DNA of 64,000 bases. It comes from an uncultured Arcobacter sp. GTDB lineage: Bacteria > Campylobacterota > Campylobacteria > Campylobacterales > Arcobacteraceae. A model generated the notes under the pieces. That model saw only the letters and a program-made list of their open reading frames with translations. It was not told the DNA's origin and searched no databases. Positions within the stretch are counted from its first letter, which is position 1. The number at the start of each line of letters is the position of its first letter. The stretch spans positions 1,568,001-1,632,000 of the forward strand of contig OZ223300.1 in assembly GCA_965140705.1 (NCBI GenBank), read 5' to 3'. Shown piece after piece: positions 39,921 through 49,347 of the stretch. The translations under genes were made by a program, and so were the position numbers.

Positions 39921-41420
39921 TTATTCTCCTATTTTTAATCTAGACTTCAATTGACTAAATTTATTCTTTCCAATACCTTCTAGCTCTTTTAATTCATTAA
40001 TATCTTTTAAACTTGTTACTTTTTTTCTATAATCAAGAATAGTTTTTGCTAGTTTAGGACCAATTCCATTTATTCTTTTTAGAATCTCTATAGTAGCACT
40101 ATTTATATCTATTCTCATATCATCAATATTTTCATCCCAAGATTTTAACATTTGAGAATCTATTGATTCTAACTCAAGTAAATCAGAACTATCAGTAATA
40201 ATATTCTCTTCTAAATACTCTTTTATTTCAATAGCTAAATCCTCTTCCATCCCATATAAAGACATTAAATCAGTTAAAGTAGCTTCATTTAAGTTTATTT
40301 TTTTCTTTTCATATTCCTCTTCATTTTTTTTAGTATTTTGAGATTGATTAACATTTTTATCAGGGGCAATTGAATCTGGAACATCTCCATTATTACTTAT
40401 CTCAGTTAAAGACATGTCAAAATTATCTTTTGTATCATTTAGATAATATTCCCCATCAAAACTAGGTTTATATTTACTAAATCCAATATTACGCATAGTT
40501 CGTAATAAAGATGAATCAATTTTCCCTAACTCTTCCCATGAAAATAGTGGAACATGAGGCTTTCTAAATCTTCCTTTTGAAAAATCCCACATCAAATATT
40601 GACAAATCCAATCTCTTATATAAGGGAAAGCAGCAAAAGCAGTTGCACACTCTAAAATATATGCTTTTCCAGTTTTTGCACTAATTGCAATATCACAAGC
40701 CCAATATTCTGCTTTTGCAGCTTTACTTGCTTTTACAGCAAGTTCTAGAGCATTCATCGGAATATTTTCATAAGACATTGAACCTCCTTGCGAGGTATTT
40801 GTTATCCATTGGTTTTTACCTGAGTATCTCCAAAAGGCACAAATTGGTTTATGCCCAATAAGCATTACTCTTATATCTCCAGAATCCTTTAAATCAATAG
40901 CATTTTGAGTATAAATAGGATTATATTTCTTTTCATCTAAAAGTTTTTTTGCCTCTTTAAAATTATCCGCTTTATGGACAAAATAACCACCATAATTTGA
41001 TGGACCATAACTTCTTTTTATGATTTGAGGGTAAGTTGCTTTATTTTTTAAATATTCATATCCTTTTTCTTTGTCATAAAAGATTTTTGTTTTAGGAATA
41101 GAAATTTTATACTTTTTACAAAATAGGGTAACATTCTCTTTTGATCTATTTGAAAATTGTGTCTCAATTGAAGGTACAAATCTCACATCTGGAAGTTCTT
41201 TTGATATTTGAACAAAAGTTTCATATGCAGTTGCAGGAATATTACCAATTAATATTTTTATTTTTTTTCTTTTTATTTCTTTTATGAATCTTGCTTTATC
41301 ATTTTTCCAATGATAAGTAACAGTTTCAATTTTATCAGGCCAGCCTTTGAAATTTGATTTATCAAAAAACCTCATTACATAATCAAGATACAACAGTCCT
41401 ATTTTCGGTAGCTTTTTCAT
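39921..41420 (-). CDS. ATP-grasp ligase-like protein fused to ComEA-type helix-hairpin-helix repeats
   Basis: IIKRSYG, DIRVMLIG, WITNTSQGG, ACDIA..ILEC; C-terminal INLNEAT and IDINSAT...INGIGPKLA...LEGIG. Confidence 0.8.
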   Translation of the reverse strand: MKKLPKIGLLYLDYVMRFFDKSNFKGWPDKIETVTYHWKNDKARFIKEIKRKKIKILIGNIPATAYETFVQISKELPDVRFVPSIETQFSNRSKENVTLFCKKYKISIPKTKIFYDKEKGYEYLKNKATYPQIIKRSYGPSNYGGYFVHKADNFKEAKKLLDEKKYNPIYTQNAIDLKDSGDIRVMLIGHKPICAFWRYSGKNQWITNTSQGGSMSYENIPMNALELAVKASKAAKAEYWACDIAISAKTGKAYILECATAFAAFPYIRDWICQYLMWDFSKGRFRKPHVPLFSWEELGKIDSSLLRTMRNIGFSKYKPSFDGEYYLNDTKDNFDMSLTEISNNGDVPDSIAPDKNVNQSQNTKKNEEEYEKKKINLNEATLTDLMSLYGMEEDLAIEIKEYLEENIITDSSDLLELESIDSQMLKSWDENIDDMRIDINSATIEILKRINGIGPKLAKTILDYRKKVTSLKDINELKELEGIGKNKFSQLKSRLKIGE

Positions 41421-42328
41421 TTTCTATCCCCTTTTTTAGTTTTTCTATCAATTAAATCTACTATCAAATCTATTTTTTTATCGTTAAAGTCTAAGCCCAT
41501 CTTTTCTTGTTCTGGTGTTGCAAAAGCAGGTATCCCATTCACTTCTAAAACAAGAAATTCTTCTTTTTTTCTATCATAAATTATATCAACACCTGCAATA
41601 TCAAGCCCTGTGATTTTAGTTGCTTTTAGTGCCAAATTGATTACATCATCGTTTGGTTCCCTTAAAAACACACTTCCACCACTTGTAACGTTTGTTCTCC
41701 AGTCATTTCCTCCTGCTTTCCTACCGTAACATCCTACAAATTGTCCATCAACAATATCAATTCTATAATCAGTATTATCATAATCAATAAATTTTTCAAC
41801 ATAAAAATATCTTAAATCCATTTGATTTAAAAAAGGAATAAGCATATCTAAGGTCTCTTCATTTTCTATTTTAGTAAGACCAACTCCACCCCAACCATCA
41901 GTTGGTTTATAGACCATTTTTGACCATTTCTTCATAATAGTATTTAAGTGATGAGTATCATCCCTATGACAAAGTTTATAATCTGCAGTTTTTACACCAT
42001 TTGCCCTTAGTAAAAATGATGTATGAAACTTATCTTCTGTTAATTCAAAAGAATCATAATTATTAATCATAGGAATAACTCTATTTAAAGCCTTATATAA
42101 ATACATTTGATATTGAGTTTGTTCCCCTGCATTATATGAAAAAAACAAGTCAAGTTTATCTAATTTCATTTTATCATAAATAATATGACCATTTTTTGCA
42201 ATAGCATTTCGTAAATTTAAATTAGGAATTGTTTCAATATTTCTCTCTTTTAATTTTTCTATTATTTTTGTTTCTATAACATCTCCACCACCATTTTGAT
42301 AAAGCCACATACCTATCTTTCTATCCAT
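41417..42328 (-). CDS. RimK/GshB-like ATP-grasp amide ligase
   Basis: EDKFHT, YKPTDGWGGVG, DYRI, WRTNVTSGG, AGVDI, LEVNGIP. Confidence 0.88.
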   Translation of the reverse strand: MDRKIGMWLYQNGGGDVIETKIIEKLKERNIETIPNLNLRNAIAKNGHIIYDKMKLDKLDLFFSYNAGEQTQYQMYLYKALNRVIPMINNYDSFELTEDKFHTSFLLRANGVKTADYKLCHRDDTHHLNTIMKKWSKMVYKPTDGWGGVGLTKIENEETLDMLIPFLNQMDLRYFYVEKFIDYDNTDYRIDIVDGQFVGCYGRKAGGNDWRTNVTSGGSVFLREPNDDVINLALKATKITGLDIAGVDIIYDRKKEEFLVLEVNGIPAFATPEQEKMGLDFNDKKIDLIVDLIDRKTKKGDRK

Positions 42329-42339
42329 AATAATTCCTT

Positions 42340-43434
42340 TTAATCATTATTTTGAAAATGAGCTAAAATTTTAGTCATTAAATCAATTCTAGTTTGAAAA
42401 CTACTTTTCAAGGCTCTTTCTTTTACTGTATGATCACCATCCCCAAATGGACCAAACCCATCTAAGGTTGTAACTCCACAGGAGGCAACAATATTTGCAT
42501 CACTTACACCACCTCTTTTTTCAGTTAACATTTTACTATTGGTGATTTTTTCTATTTGAGAGATTAAATCTAATTGATTAGGATTTTCTTGCATAACATC
42601 TCTTTGGATTGAACCTGTTAAGGTAGATATGGTGCCCTTTACATAGGATTTATTTACTATTTTATCTATGCCGTTTAAAACTCTTTGTTTTTCATCATTT
42701 GAGGTGTATCTTATTTCTAAAGTAATTTCACATTTAGGGGATATTGTATTTGCTCCAATTCCACCATTAATCTTTCCAACATTTACAGTAGTTTCTAAAT
42801 CAAGGTTTGTTAATTTAACTAAATCCTGTAATTTAAAACTAGCTTCTAAATTAGAATCAATACCTTTATCATAATGATTTCCAGCATGACTAGCTTTTCC
42901 CTCAATTGTTATTGTAAAAGTTCCTACTCCTTTTCTTTGAGTAACAACTTCCATATTTTCACCAGCTGCTTCAAAAACGAAACATATATCATAGTTTTTT
43001 GCAATACTTAAAGTTACAAGTTTAGAATCATCACTTCCTGATTCTTCATCTGAAACAAGTAAAAAATCTACATTAAAAATCTCTTTATTTGTAATAAAAA
43101 TATTTCTAAGGGCTTGTAAAGCGACAATATTTCCACCTTTCATATCACAAGCACCTGGTCCATAAATCCACTCTTCATCCTCACTTACAGTCTCAAAACT
43201 GTTAGGGGGAAATACTGTATCATTATGTCCTAAAAGTAAAATTTTTGTACCATTTTTTTTCTTTGATGAAAAAAGTAAGTGATCACCTATTAATTCACGA
43301 GAGTAACTATTTTTTTGAAAGCCTAAATCTTCCAGCCATGTTGACATGAGTTTACCAACTTTATCAACGCCATCTTTATTTTTTGTATAAGAGTTTACAC
43401 TCATTATAGTAATCAAATCGCTTAAATAGTTCAT
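42340..43434 (-). CDS. M20 family metallopeptidase (glutamate carboxypeptidase G2-like)
   Basis: GHNDTV, GPGACDMKGG, DEESGS, FE, GGVSDAN, DGFGP.GDGDHT.KE; no signal peptide. Confidence 0.88.
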   Translation of the reverse strand: MNYLSDLITIMSVNSYTKNKDGVDKVGKLMSTWLEDLGFQKNSYSRELIGDHLLFSSKKKNGTKILLLGHNDTVFPPNSFETVSEDEEWIYGPGACDMKGGNIVALQALRNIFITNKEIFNVDFLLVSDEESGSDDSKLVTLSIAKNYDICFVFEAAGENMEVVTQRKGVGTFTITIEGKASHAGNHYDKGIDSNLEASFKLQDLVKLTNLDLETTVNVGKINGGIGANTISPKCEITLEIRYTSNDEKQRVLNGIDKIVNKSYVKGTISTLTGSIQRDVMQENPNQLDLISQIEKITNSKMLTEKRGGVSDANIVASCGVTTLDGFGPFGDGDHTVKERALKSSFQTRIDLMTKILAHFQNND

Positions 43435-43608
43435 ATTCTTCCATATCCTTAATGTAGATAATCTTATTGTAAGATAGTAGCATTTTAATTACAAATAATC
43501 TAAAATTAAACTATTTTAATAGAAAATCATAATCTTAAAGTTATATATTAATTTTTCTATAATTAATAATATAGATGATAGCATAGAATATGTATTTGGG
43601 AATAAGAG

Positions 43609-43631
43609 AGGTGGTTATTTTTTAACCACCT
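43609..43631 (-). terminator. Intrinsic terminator of argG
   Basis: AGGTGGTTA / TAACCACCT stem immediately after the argG stop. Confidence 0.65.
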
Positions 43632-43634
43632 TAT

Positions 43635-44876
43635 TTAATTATTTTTTTTCTTTTGACCTGCAATAATAAATCTAAGAGCATTAAGTCTAATGAAACCTTC
43701 TGCATCTTTTTGATTATATACTTCGTCTTCTTCAAATGTAGAGTGAGCTTCTGAATATAAAGAGTTAACAGACTCTCTTCCTACAACCATAACATTACCT
43801 TTGTAAAGTTTTAATCTTACAGTACCTTCAACATTTACCTGAGTTGCATCAATTGCAGCTTGAAGCATTTCTCTCTCTGGAGAGAACCAATATCCTTGAT
43901 AGATTAGTTTAGCATACTTTGGCATCATTTCATCTTTTAAGTGGGCAGCTTCTCTATCTAAACATATAGACTCTATTGCTCTATGTGCTTTAAGCATGAT
44001 TGTTCCACCTGGAGTTTCATAACATCCTCTTGCTTTCATACCAACATATCTATTTTCAACAATATCAACTCTTCCAATACCATGTTTGTTTCCATAGTCA
44101 TTTAATTTTTTAAGTAATGTTGCAGGAGATAACTCTTCACCATTAATTGATATAGGGTCACCATTTTTATATCCAATAGTGATGTATTCAGCTTCATCTG
44201 GAGCTTTTTCAGGTGATGTTGTCCATAACCACATTGATTCTTCTGGCTCATTATTTGGATTTTCTAAATGTAGACCTTCATATGAGATATGTAAAAGATT
44301 TGCATCCATAGAATATGGGCTAATAGCTGGGTTTCCATCTTTATCAAGATGTTTTTTGTCTATTTCAATTCCATTTTTTTTAGCATAAGCTAATAATTTT
44401 TCTCTTGAATTTAAATCCCATTCTCTCCAAGGAGCAATAACAGTAATCTCTGAATCAAGTCCTAAATAACCTAATTCAAATCTAACTTGGTCATTTCCTT
44501 TTCCAGTAGCACCATGAGAAACAGCATCTGCACCCATTTTATGTGCAATTTCAATTTGTTTTTTAGCAATAAGTGGTCTTGCAATTGAAGTACCTAATAG
44601 ATATTCTCCTTCATAAATAGCATTTGCTCTAAACATAGGGAATACATAATCTTTAACAAATTCTTCTTTGATATCTAGTATAAATATATTTTCAGGCTTA
44701 ATTCCACAAGCTAAAGCTTTTGTTCTAGCTGGTTCAACTTCTTCACCTTGACCTAAATCAGCTGTGAAAGTTATAACTTCTGCATTATATTCATCTTGAA
44801 GCCATTTTAATATTGTAGATGTATCAAGTCCACCACTATAGGCTAATACTACTTTTTTTACTTCTTTTTTACTCAT
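43635..44876 (-). CDS. argG: Argininosuccinate synthase
   Basis: [38 protein letters not shown]. Confidence 0.97.
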   Translation of the reverse strand: MSKKEVKKVVLAYSGGLDTSTILKWLQDEYNAEVITFTADLGQGEEVEPARTKALACGIKPENIFILDIKEEFVKDYVFPMFRANAIYEGEYLLGTSIARPLIAKKQIEIAHKMGADAVSHGATGKGNDQVRFELGYLGLDSEITVIAPWREWDLNSREKLLAYAKKNGIEIDKKHLDKDGNPAISPYSMDANLLHISYEGLHLENPNNEPEESMWLWTTSPEKAPDEAEYITIGYKNGDPISINGEELSPATLLKKLNDYGNKHGIGRVDIVENRYVGMKARGCYETPGGTIMLKAHRAIESICLDREAAHLKDEMMPKYAKLIYQGYWFSPEREMLQAAIDATQVNVEGTVRLKLYKGNVMVVGRESVNSLYSEAHSTFEEDEVYNQKDAEGFIRLNALRFIIAGQKKKNN

Positions 44877-44930
44877 TTATTATATCCTATATCATAGTAA
44901 TTTTAAGGAGTTATTTTATCTTATCTTAGC

Positions 44931-44936
44931 TATAAT
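44931..44936 (+). promoter_or_regulatory. -10 box of the S4-domain gene, probable leaderless transcript
   Basis: TATAAT 7 nt upstream of ATG 44944; no Shine-Dalgarno. Confidence 0.5.
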
Positions 44937-44943
44937 CTTGTTT

Positions 44944-45207
44944 ATGAGAATAGATAAATTTTTAAACGCAGTTAATATTACAAAAAGAAGAGCAGTTGCT
45001 GAAGATATGCTTGAGCATAAAGTAGTTCATATAAATGGAATGCCCGTAAAAAAAGCAAAAGAAGTTAAGGTTGGAGATTTAATTGAAATAAGATACTTAG
45101 AATATACAGAAGAGTATAAAGTACTACAAATTCCACAAACAAAATCAACTCCAAAATCAAAACAAGCAGAATATATAGAAAAATTAAAAGGAAAAGATGA
45201 TGTTTAG
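44944..45207 (+). CDS. S4-domain RNA-binding protein (RqcP/YabO/Hsp15-like)
   Basis: MRIDKFL...KRRAVA...VHING...KAKEVKVGD. Confidence 0.88.
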   Translation: MRIDKFLNAVNITKRRAVAEDMLEHKVVHINGMPVKKAKEVKVGDLIEIRYLEYTEEYKVLQIPQTKSTPKSKQAEYIEKLKGKDDV

Positions 45208-46183
45208 TGCAGATAAACTAAAATTTGATGATATTTTTGAAAATAGACTTCCTGTTGAAGAAGTAAGAGAGTATTTAATCAAATTATATGAAGATGGGGA
45301 AACAGCTGAACAAATAGCAGCTGCAGCTGATGCTATGAGAGATCATCTTATTCCTTTACCAGTTGATTATTCCTTAAAAGATGAATTAATTGACAATTGT
45401 GGAACTGGTGGAGATAAATCAAATAGTTTTAATATCTCAACAACTGTATCCTTACTACTTGTTGCTTGTGGTTCAAAAGTGGCAAAACATGGTAATAGAA
45501 GTATTACAAGTAAATCTGGTAGTGCTGATATGTTGGAAGAACTTGGGATAAATTTAAATTTGAGTATTGAAAATCAAGTTAAAATGCTTGAAAATACTGG
45601 TTTTGTATTTATGTTTGCTCAAAACCATCATCCTTCTATGAAAAATATTATGCCTGTACGAAAATCAATACCACATAGAACAATTTTTAATATTTTAGGG
45701 CCTTTAAGTAATCCAGCAACAGTATCAAAACAATTAATTGGTGTTTTTAGTGATGAGTATATTCATAGAATGATTACAGCATTAAGTTTATTGGACACAA
45801 AAAGAGCTATGGTAGTTAGTTCAAAAGATGGAATGGATGAAATTTCAATTAGTGATGTAACTTACGCAACAACATTAATTGACCAAAGAACAAGTGACTT
45901 TATAATTGACCCTAGAGATTTTGGCTTAGGCATGTATTCAAAAGATGATATTTTAGGTGGAGATGCAAAAGAAAATGCTCAAATCACAAGAGATATCCTA
46001 GAGGGTAAAATAAGTGGTGCAAAACTTGATATTGTATTGCTTAATGCTGGAGCTGCACTATTTATTGATGATAGGGCAAAAGATATAAAAGAGGGTATTG
46101 AAATAGCAAGAGAAGTCATAAAATCTGGAAAAGCAAAAGAAAAACTTGATCAAATCATTAATTTTTCTAAAAGTATGAAATAG
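45197..46183 (+). CDS. trpD: Anthranilate phosphoribosyltransferase
   Basis: DNCGTGGD, FNIST, KHGNRSITSKSGSAD, DGMDE. Confidence 0.95.
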   Translation: MMFSADKLKFDDIFENRLPVEEVREYLIKLYEDGETAEQIAAAADAMRDHLIPLPVDYSLKDELIDNCGTGGDKSNSFNISTTVSLLLVACGSKVAKHGNRSITSKSGSADMLEELGINLNLSIENQVKMLENTGFVFMFAQNHHPSMKNIMPVRKSIPHRTIFNILGPLSNPATVSKQLIGVFSDEYIHRMITALSLLDTKRAMVVSSKDGMDEISISDVTYATTLIDQRTSDFIIDPRDFGLGMYSKDDILGGDAKENAQITRDILEGKISGAKLDIVLLNAGAALFIDDRAKDIKEGIEIAREVIKSGKAKEKLDQIINFSKSMK

Positions 46184-46190
46184 GGTAGTT

Positions 46191-46610
46191 TTGGAAAAAA
46201 TAGAATTAATCTTAGAAGAGAATGATTTAATTAAACTAATTAATAAATTAGATAAAATAATTAATAAAAAAGAGTCAATTGTTTTATTAAGAGGTGATTT
46301 AGCAAGTGGTAAGACTACTTTAGTTAAAAACTATGTAAAGTTTTTGAAAATTGATGATTTAGTTACATCACCAACTTTTTCAATACAAACAATTTATGGT
46401 AATAATATTTACCATTATGATGTTTATAATAAAACTCTAGAAGAGTTTATCTCTTTAGGCTTATTAGAAGAGTTTGAAAAAGAGGGTATTCATTTTGTAG
46501 AGTGGGGAGATGATAGATTAAATGAACTTCTTAACTCTTATGGTTTCCATACTATTAAAATAGATATTGAAAAATTAGAAAATAAAAGGCGATATATAAT
46601 TAATGCATAA
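46191..46610 (+). CDS. tsaE: t6A biosynthesis ATPase TsaE
   Basis: GDLASGKTT, VTSPTFS, HYDVY, VEWG. Confidence 0.92.
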   Translation: MEKIELILEENDLIKLINKLDKIINKKESIVLLRGDLASGKTTLVKNYVKFLKIDDLVTSPTFSIQTIYGNNIYHYDVYNKTLEEFISLGLLEEFEKEGIHFVEWGDDRLNELLNSYGFHTIKIDIEKLENKRRYIINA

Positions 46611-47325
46611 ATTAAGAATAGAAAATATAACTAAAAACATTAAAAAAACTCAAATTTTACATGGTATTTCACTTGAAGTTAAATCTGGAGAAATAGTTGG
46701 TTTATTAGGACCAAATGGAGCAGGAAAAACTACAACTTTTTATACAGTTTGTGGACTTGTAAAACCAAGCTCTGGTAAAGTTTTTTTAGATGAAACAGAT
46801 ATTACTACTTTGCCATTGCATAAAAGGGCATTAAAAGGTATAGGTTATTTGCCACAAGAGTCCTCTATTTTTAAAGATTTAAGTGTAGAAGATAACTTAA
46901 TGCTTGCTGCTCAAATTGTTACAAAGGATAAAAAAGAACAATTTAAAAGAGTAGAAGAACTACTTGAAGTTTTTAATATCGAACCAATTAGACAAAGAAA
47001 AGGTGTATCTTTATCAGGGGGTGAAAGAAGAAGAACAGAAATAGCAAGAGCATTAGTATCAAAACCTGTTTTTCTATTACTTGATGAACCTTTTGCTGGA
47101 GTTGACCCAATTGCAGTTAAAGATATTCAAGAAATTATCAATCAATTAACAATTAGAGGAATCGGTGTATTAATTACTGATCATAATGTAAGAGAGACCC
47201 TCCAAATATGTGATAGAGCCTACGTTATGAAAAGTGGTACACTTTTAGCTGCTGGTAATAGTGATGAGATTAGAAATGATGTAAGTGTAAGAGAACACTA
47301 TTTAGGAGAAAGTTTTACTTTTTAG
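46603..47325 (+). CDS. lptB: LPS export ABC ATPase LptB
   Basis: GPNGAGKTT, YLPQESSIF, LSGGERRR, DEPFAGVDP, ITDHNVRET. Confidence 0.95.
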   Translation: MHKLRIENITKNIKKTQILHGISLEVKSGEIVGLLGPNGAGKTTTFYTVCGLVKPSSGKVFLDETDITTLPLHKRALKGIGYLPQESSIFKDLSVEDNLMLAAQIVTKDKKEQFKRVEELLEVFNIEPIRQRKGVSLSGGERRRTEIARALVSKPVFLLLDEPFAGVDPIAVKDIQEIINQLTIRGIGVLITDHNVRETLQICDRAYVMKSGTLLAAGNSDEIRNDVSVREHYLGESFTF

Positions 47326-48569
47326 AAGTAAACAACTCTCTCTTCATCACTTTTAAGTGCTTTATTTAAAGCTGAAGTTACTCTTTGCAAAATAAGATCT
47401 TCATTATCATCATTTTTCAATTCAACTACTCCAAAACAACTATATTGAGAAAGCTTTTTATTTGAAAGCATAGTATTTAGGATATTTTCAAGTTTATAAG
47501 ATACATTTAATGCCCCATCTAAATCAGTTTCTGGAAGTAAAACTAAAAAAGATGATTTTTCTACTTTAAAACAAATATCATGTTCTCTTATATTATTTTT
47601 AATTAACTCACTAATATCATTTAAAAAATCTTCATATGAAATGATTTTTTCATCTATGTTTTGTACGCTTAATTTTATTAGAGATAAATCTTTTCTATAT
47701 CTTCTAACTCTTTTTGATTCAATTGAAAATATTTTGTGAAATTTATTTAGATTATATAAACCTGTTATTAAATCATGATTATATTTATATTCAAATAGAT
47801 TTGATTTCTCATTTAAATTTGTAATATCAAATAAAGAGACTAGAAAATATCTCTTTTCTTTTTCTATTTTTGTAACATTTAATTTAAAAGTTCTAGTAAC
47901 ATCAACTACTTTTACTTTTATTAAAACATTTTCATTCTCTAAATTAGCTATAAACTCATACCAAGGAGTAGTTTTTAGCTCTTCTTTCGTAGAAAATTGT
48001 TCTTTGTCTAATAATATTTTTTCTAAATTTATATCAAATACTTTGAAATTTTTTGAAAATATATCATTTTGTGCAACTATTACTCCATCTTCTATAACAG
48101 CTACCAAACTATCTTGTTTATTTAGTAACTCAATAATAGAATCATCAAAATTATAGTTACTATTATGTATTATATTTTTTAAAAATTTATGTTCTAAACA
48201 TTTTGTAATATTTTTTATTAGTTCATATAAGTCTAAAGGTTTTAAACAATATGAATTAATACCTAATTCAATAGATTTTTTATAAAAACTAGAATCAGTA
48301 TGTGCTGTTGTTACGATACTAGGTATATTTGAATTAATTTCATTAATTCTTTTTATCATCTCTAAACCATTCATTTTAGGCATATTAATATCAGCAATAA
48401 TTAAATCTATATTAGAATTATTTTTAAATGCTTCAAGCCCTTCTTCTCCATTATTAGAGACAATTAAATTACCTACAATAGCATTTAAAATATTAGAAGT
48501 AAAATTTCTAATTTCTTCTTGATCTTCCACATAAAGTATGTTTAGTTGTTTAAAAAAATCTTTATTCAT
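47322..48569 (-). CDS. Receiver plus degenerate GGDEF-domain protein
   Basis: LYVED, ADINMP, LKP; HDLITGLYN; GGDEF position reads EKSSF and is preceded by REHD. Confidence 0.8.
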   Translation of the reverse strand: MNKDFFKQLNILYVEDQEEIRNFTSNILNAIVGNLIVSNNGEEGLEAFKNNSNIDLIIADINMPKMNGLEMIKRINEINSNIPSIVTTAHTDSSFYKKSIELGINSYCLKPLDLYELIKNITKCLEHKFLKNIIHNSNYNFDDSIIELLNKQDSLVAVIEDGVIVAQNDIFSKNFKVFDINLEKILLDKEQFSTKEELKTTPWYEFIANLENENVLIKVKVVDVTRTFKLNVTKIEKEKRYFLVSLFDITNLNEKSNLFEYKYNHDLITGLYNLNKFHKIFSIESKRVRRYRKDLSLIKLSVQNIDEKIISYEDFLNDISELIKNNIREHDICFKVEKSSFLVLLPETDLDGALNVSYKLENILNTMLSNKKLSQYSCFGVVELKNDDNEDLILQRVTSALNKALKSDEERVVYF

Positions 48570-48609
48570 AATACCTTCTATCTTTTTTAAAATTCTTTTT
48601 GAAAATTAA

Positions 48610-49335
48610 TTATTTTGCAAAAAAATTAAGTGCATTTTTCAAATCTTCTTCCGTATCGATACCAAATGATTTAGACTCCACTTCAACCATCGCAATTTTC
48701 TTTTCATGATAGATTGCTCTTAATTGTTCAAGTTTTTCTATACTTTCAGTTTGTGCTACTGGAAGTTTACAAAACTCATCTAAACTTTTTACTGTAAAAC
48801 CATAAATTCCTAAATGTCCATTATAAGTAGCATTTTCATAGTGATCTCTATGATATGGAATTTTGCTTCTAGAAAAATATGTGGCATTACCTTTATCATT
48901 TAATAATACTTTTACATGATTTGGATCATCTGCCAATTGTGAAGATATCTTTTTATGGCAAGAGACAATCATAATATCTTCTTTGTTATCTCTAACTTCT
49001 TTCACTCTATTAATAACAGCTTCTATAACATCAACTTCAATGAAAGGTTCATCTGCTTGTACATTAATAACAATATCATCTTCTTTTAAATTTAGCTTTT
49101 TTGCTGCTTCATTTATTCTATCTGTTCCGCTTTGATGTTCACTTGAAGTCATAATAGCATTTATTCCATGTTCTTTTGCTAATGCAATAACATCAAAAGA
49201 ATCTGTAGCAATTGTTACATCATCTAAACTGCTTACTTGTTTTGCAGTTCTTATAACCATTGGTAAACCAAGTATATCAACTAAAATTTTATTTTGAAAT
49301 CTACTAGAATTTAATCTTGCAGGTATAATTATCAT
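48610..49335 (-). CDS. kdsB: CMP-KDO synthetase
   Basis: IIPARLNSSRF, HQSGTDR, NVQADEP, EKLEQLR. Confidence 0.95.
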   Translation of the reverse strand: MIIIPARLNSSRFQNKILVDILGLPMVIRTAKQVSSLDDVTIATDSFDVIALAKEHGINAIMTSSEHQSGTDRINEAAKKLNLKEDDIVINVQADEPFIEVDVIEAVINRVKEVRDNKEDIMIVSCHKKISSQLADDPNHVKVLLNDKGNATYFSRSKIPYHRDHYENATYNGHLGIYGFTVKSLDEFCKLPVAQTESIEKLEQLRAIYHEKKIAMVEVESKSFGIDTEEDLKNALNFFAK

Positions 49336-49347
49336 ATTTTGTTTCCT

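Noticed and set aside
43376..43444. 22-codon out-of-frame ORF overlapping the start of the M20 gene (precursor or leader peptide?)
   Set aside because: AAGGA is only 1 nt from its ATG and fits the M20 start better; it lacks the features of an ATP-grasp RiPP precursor
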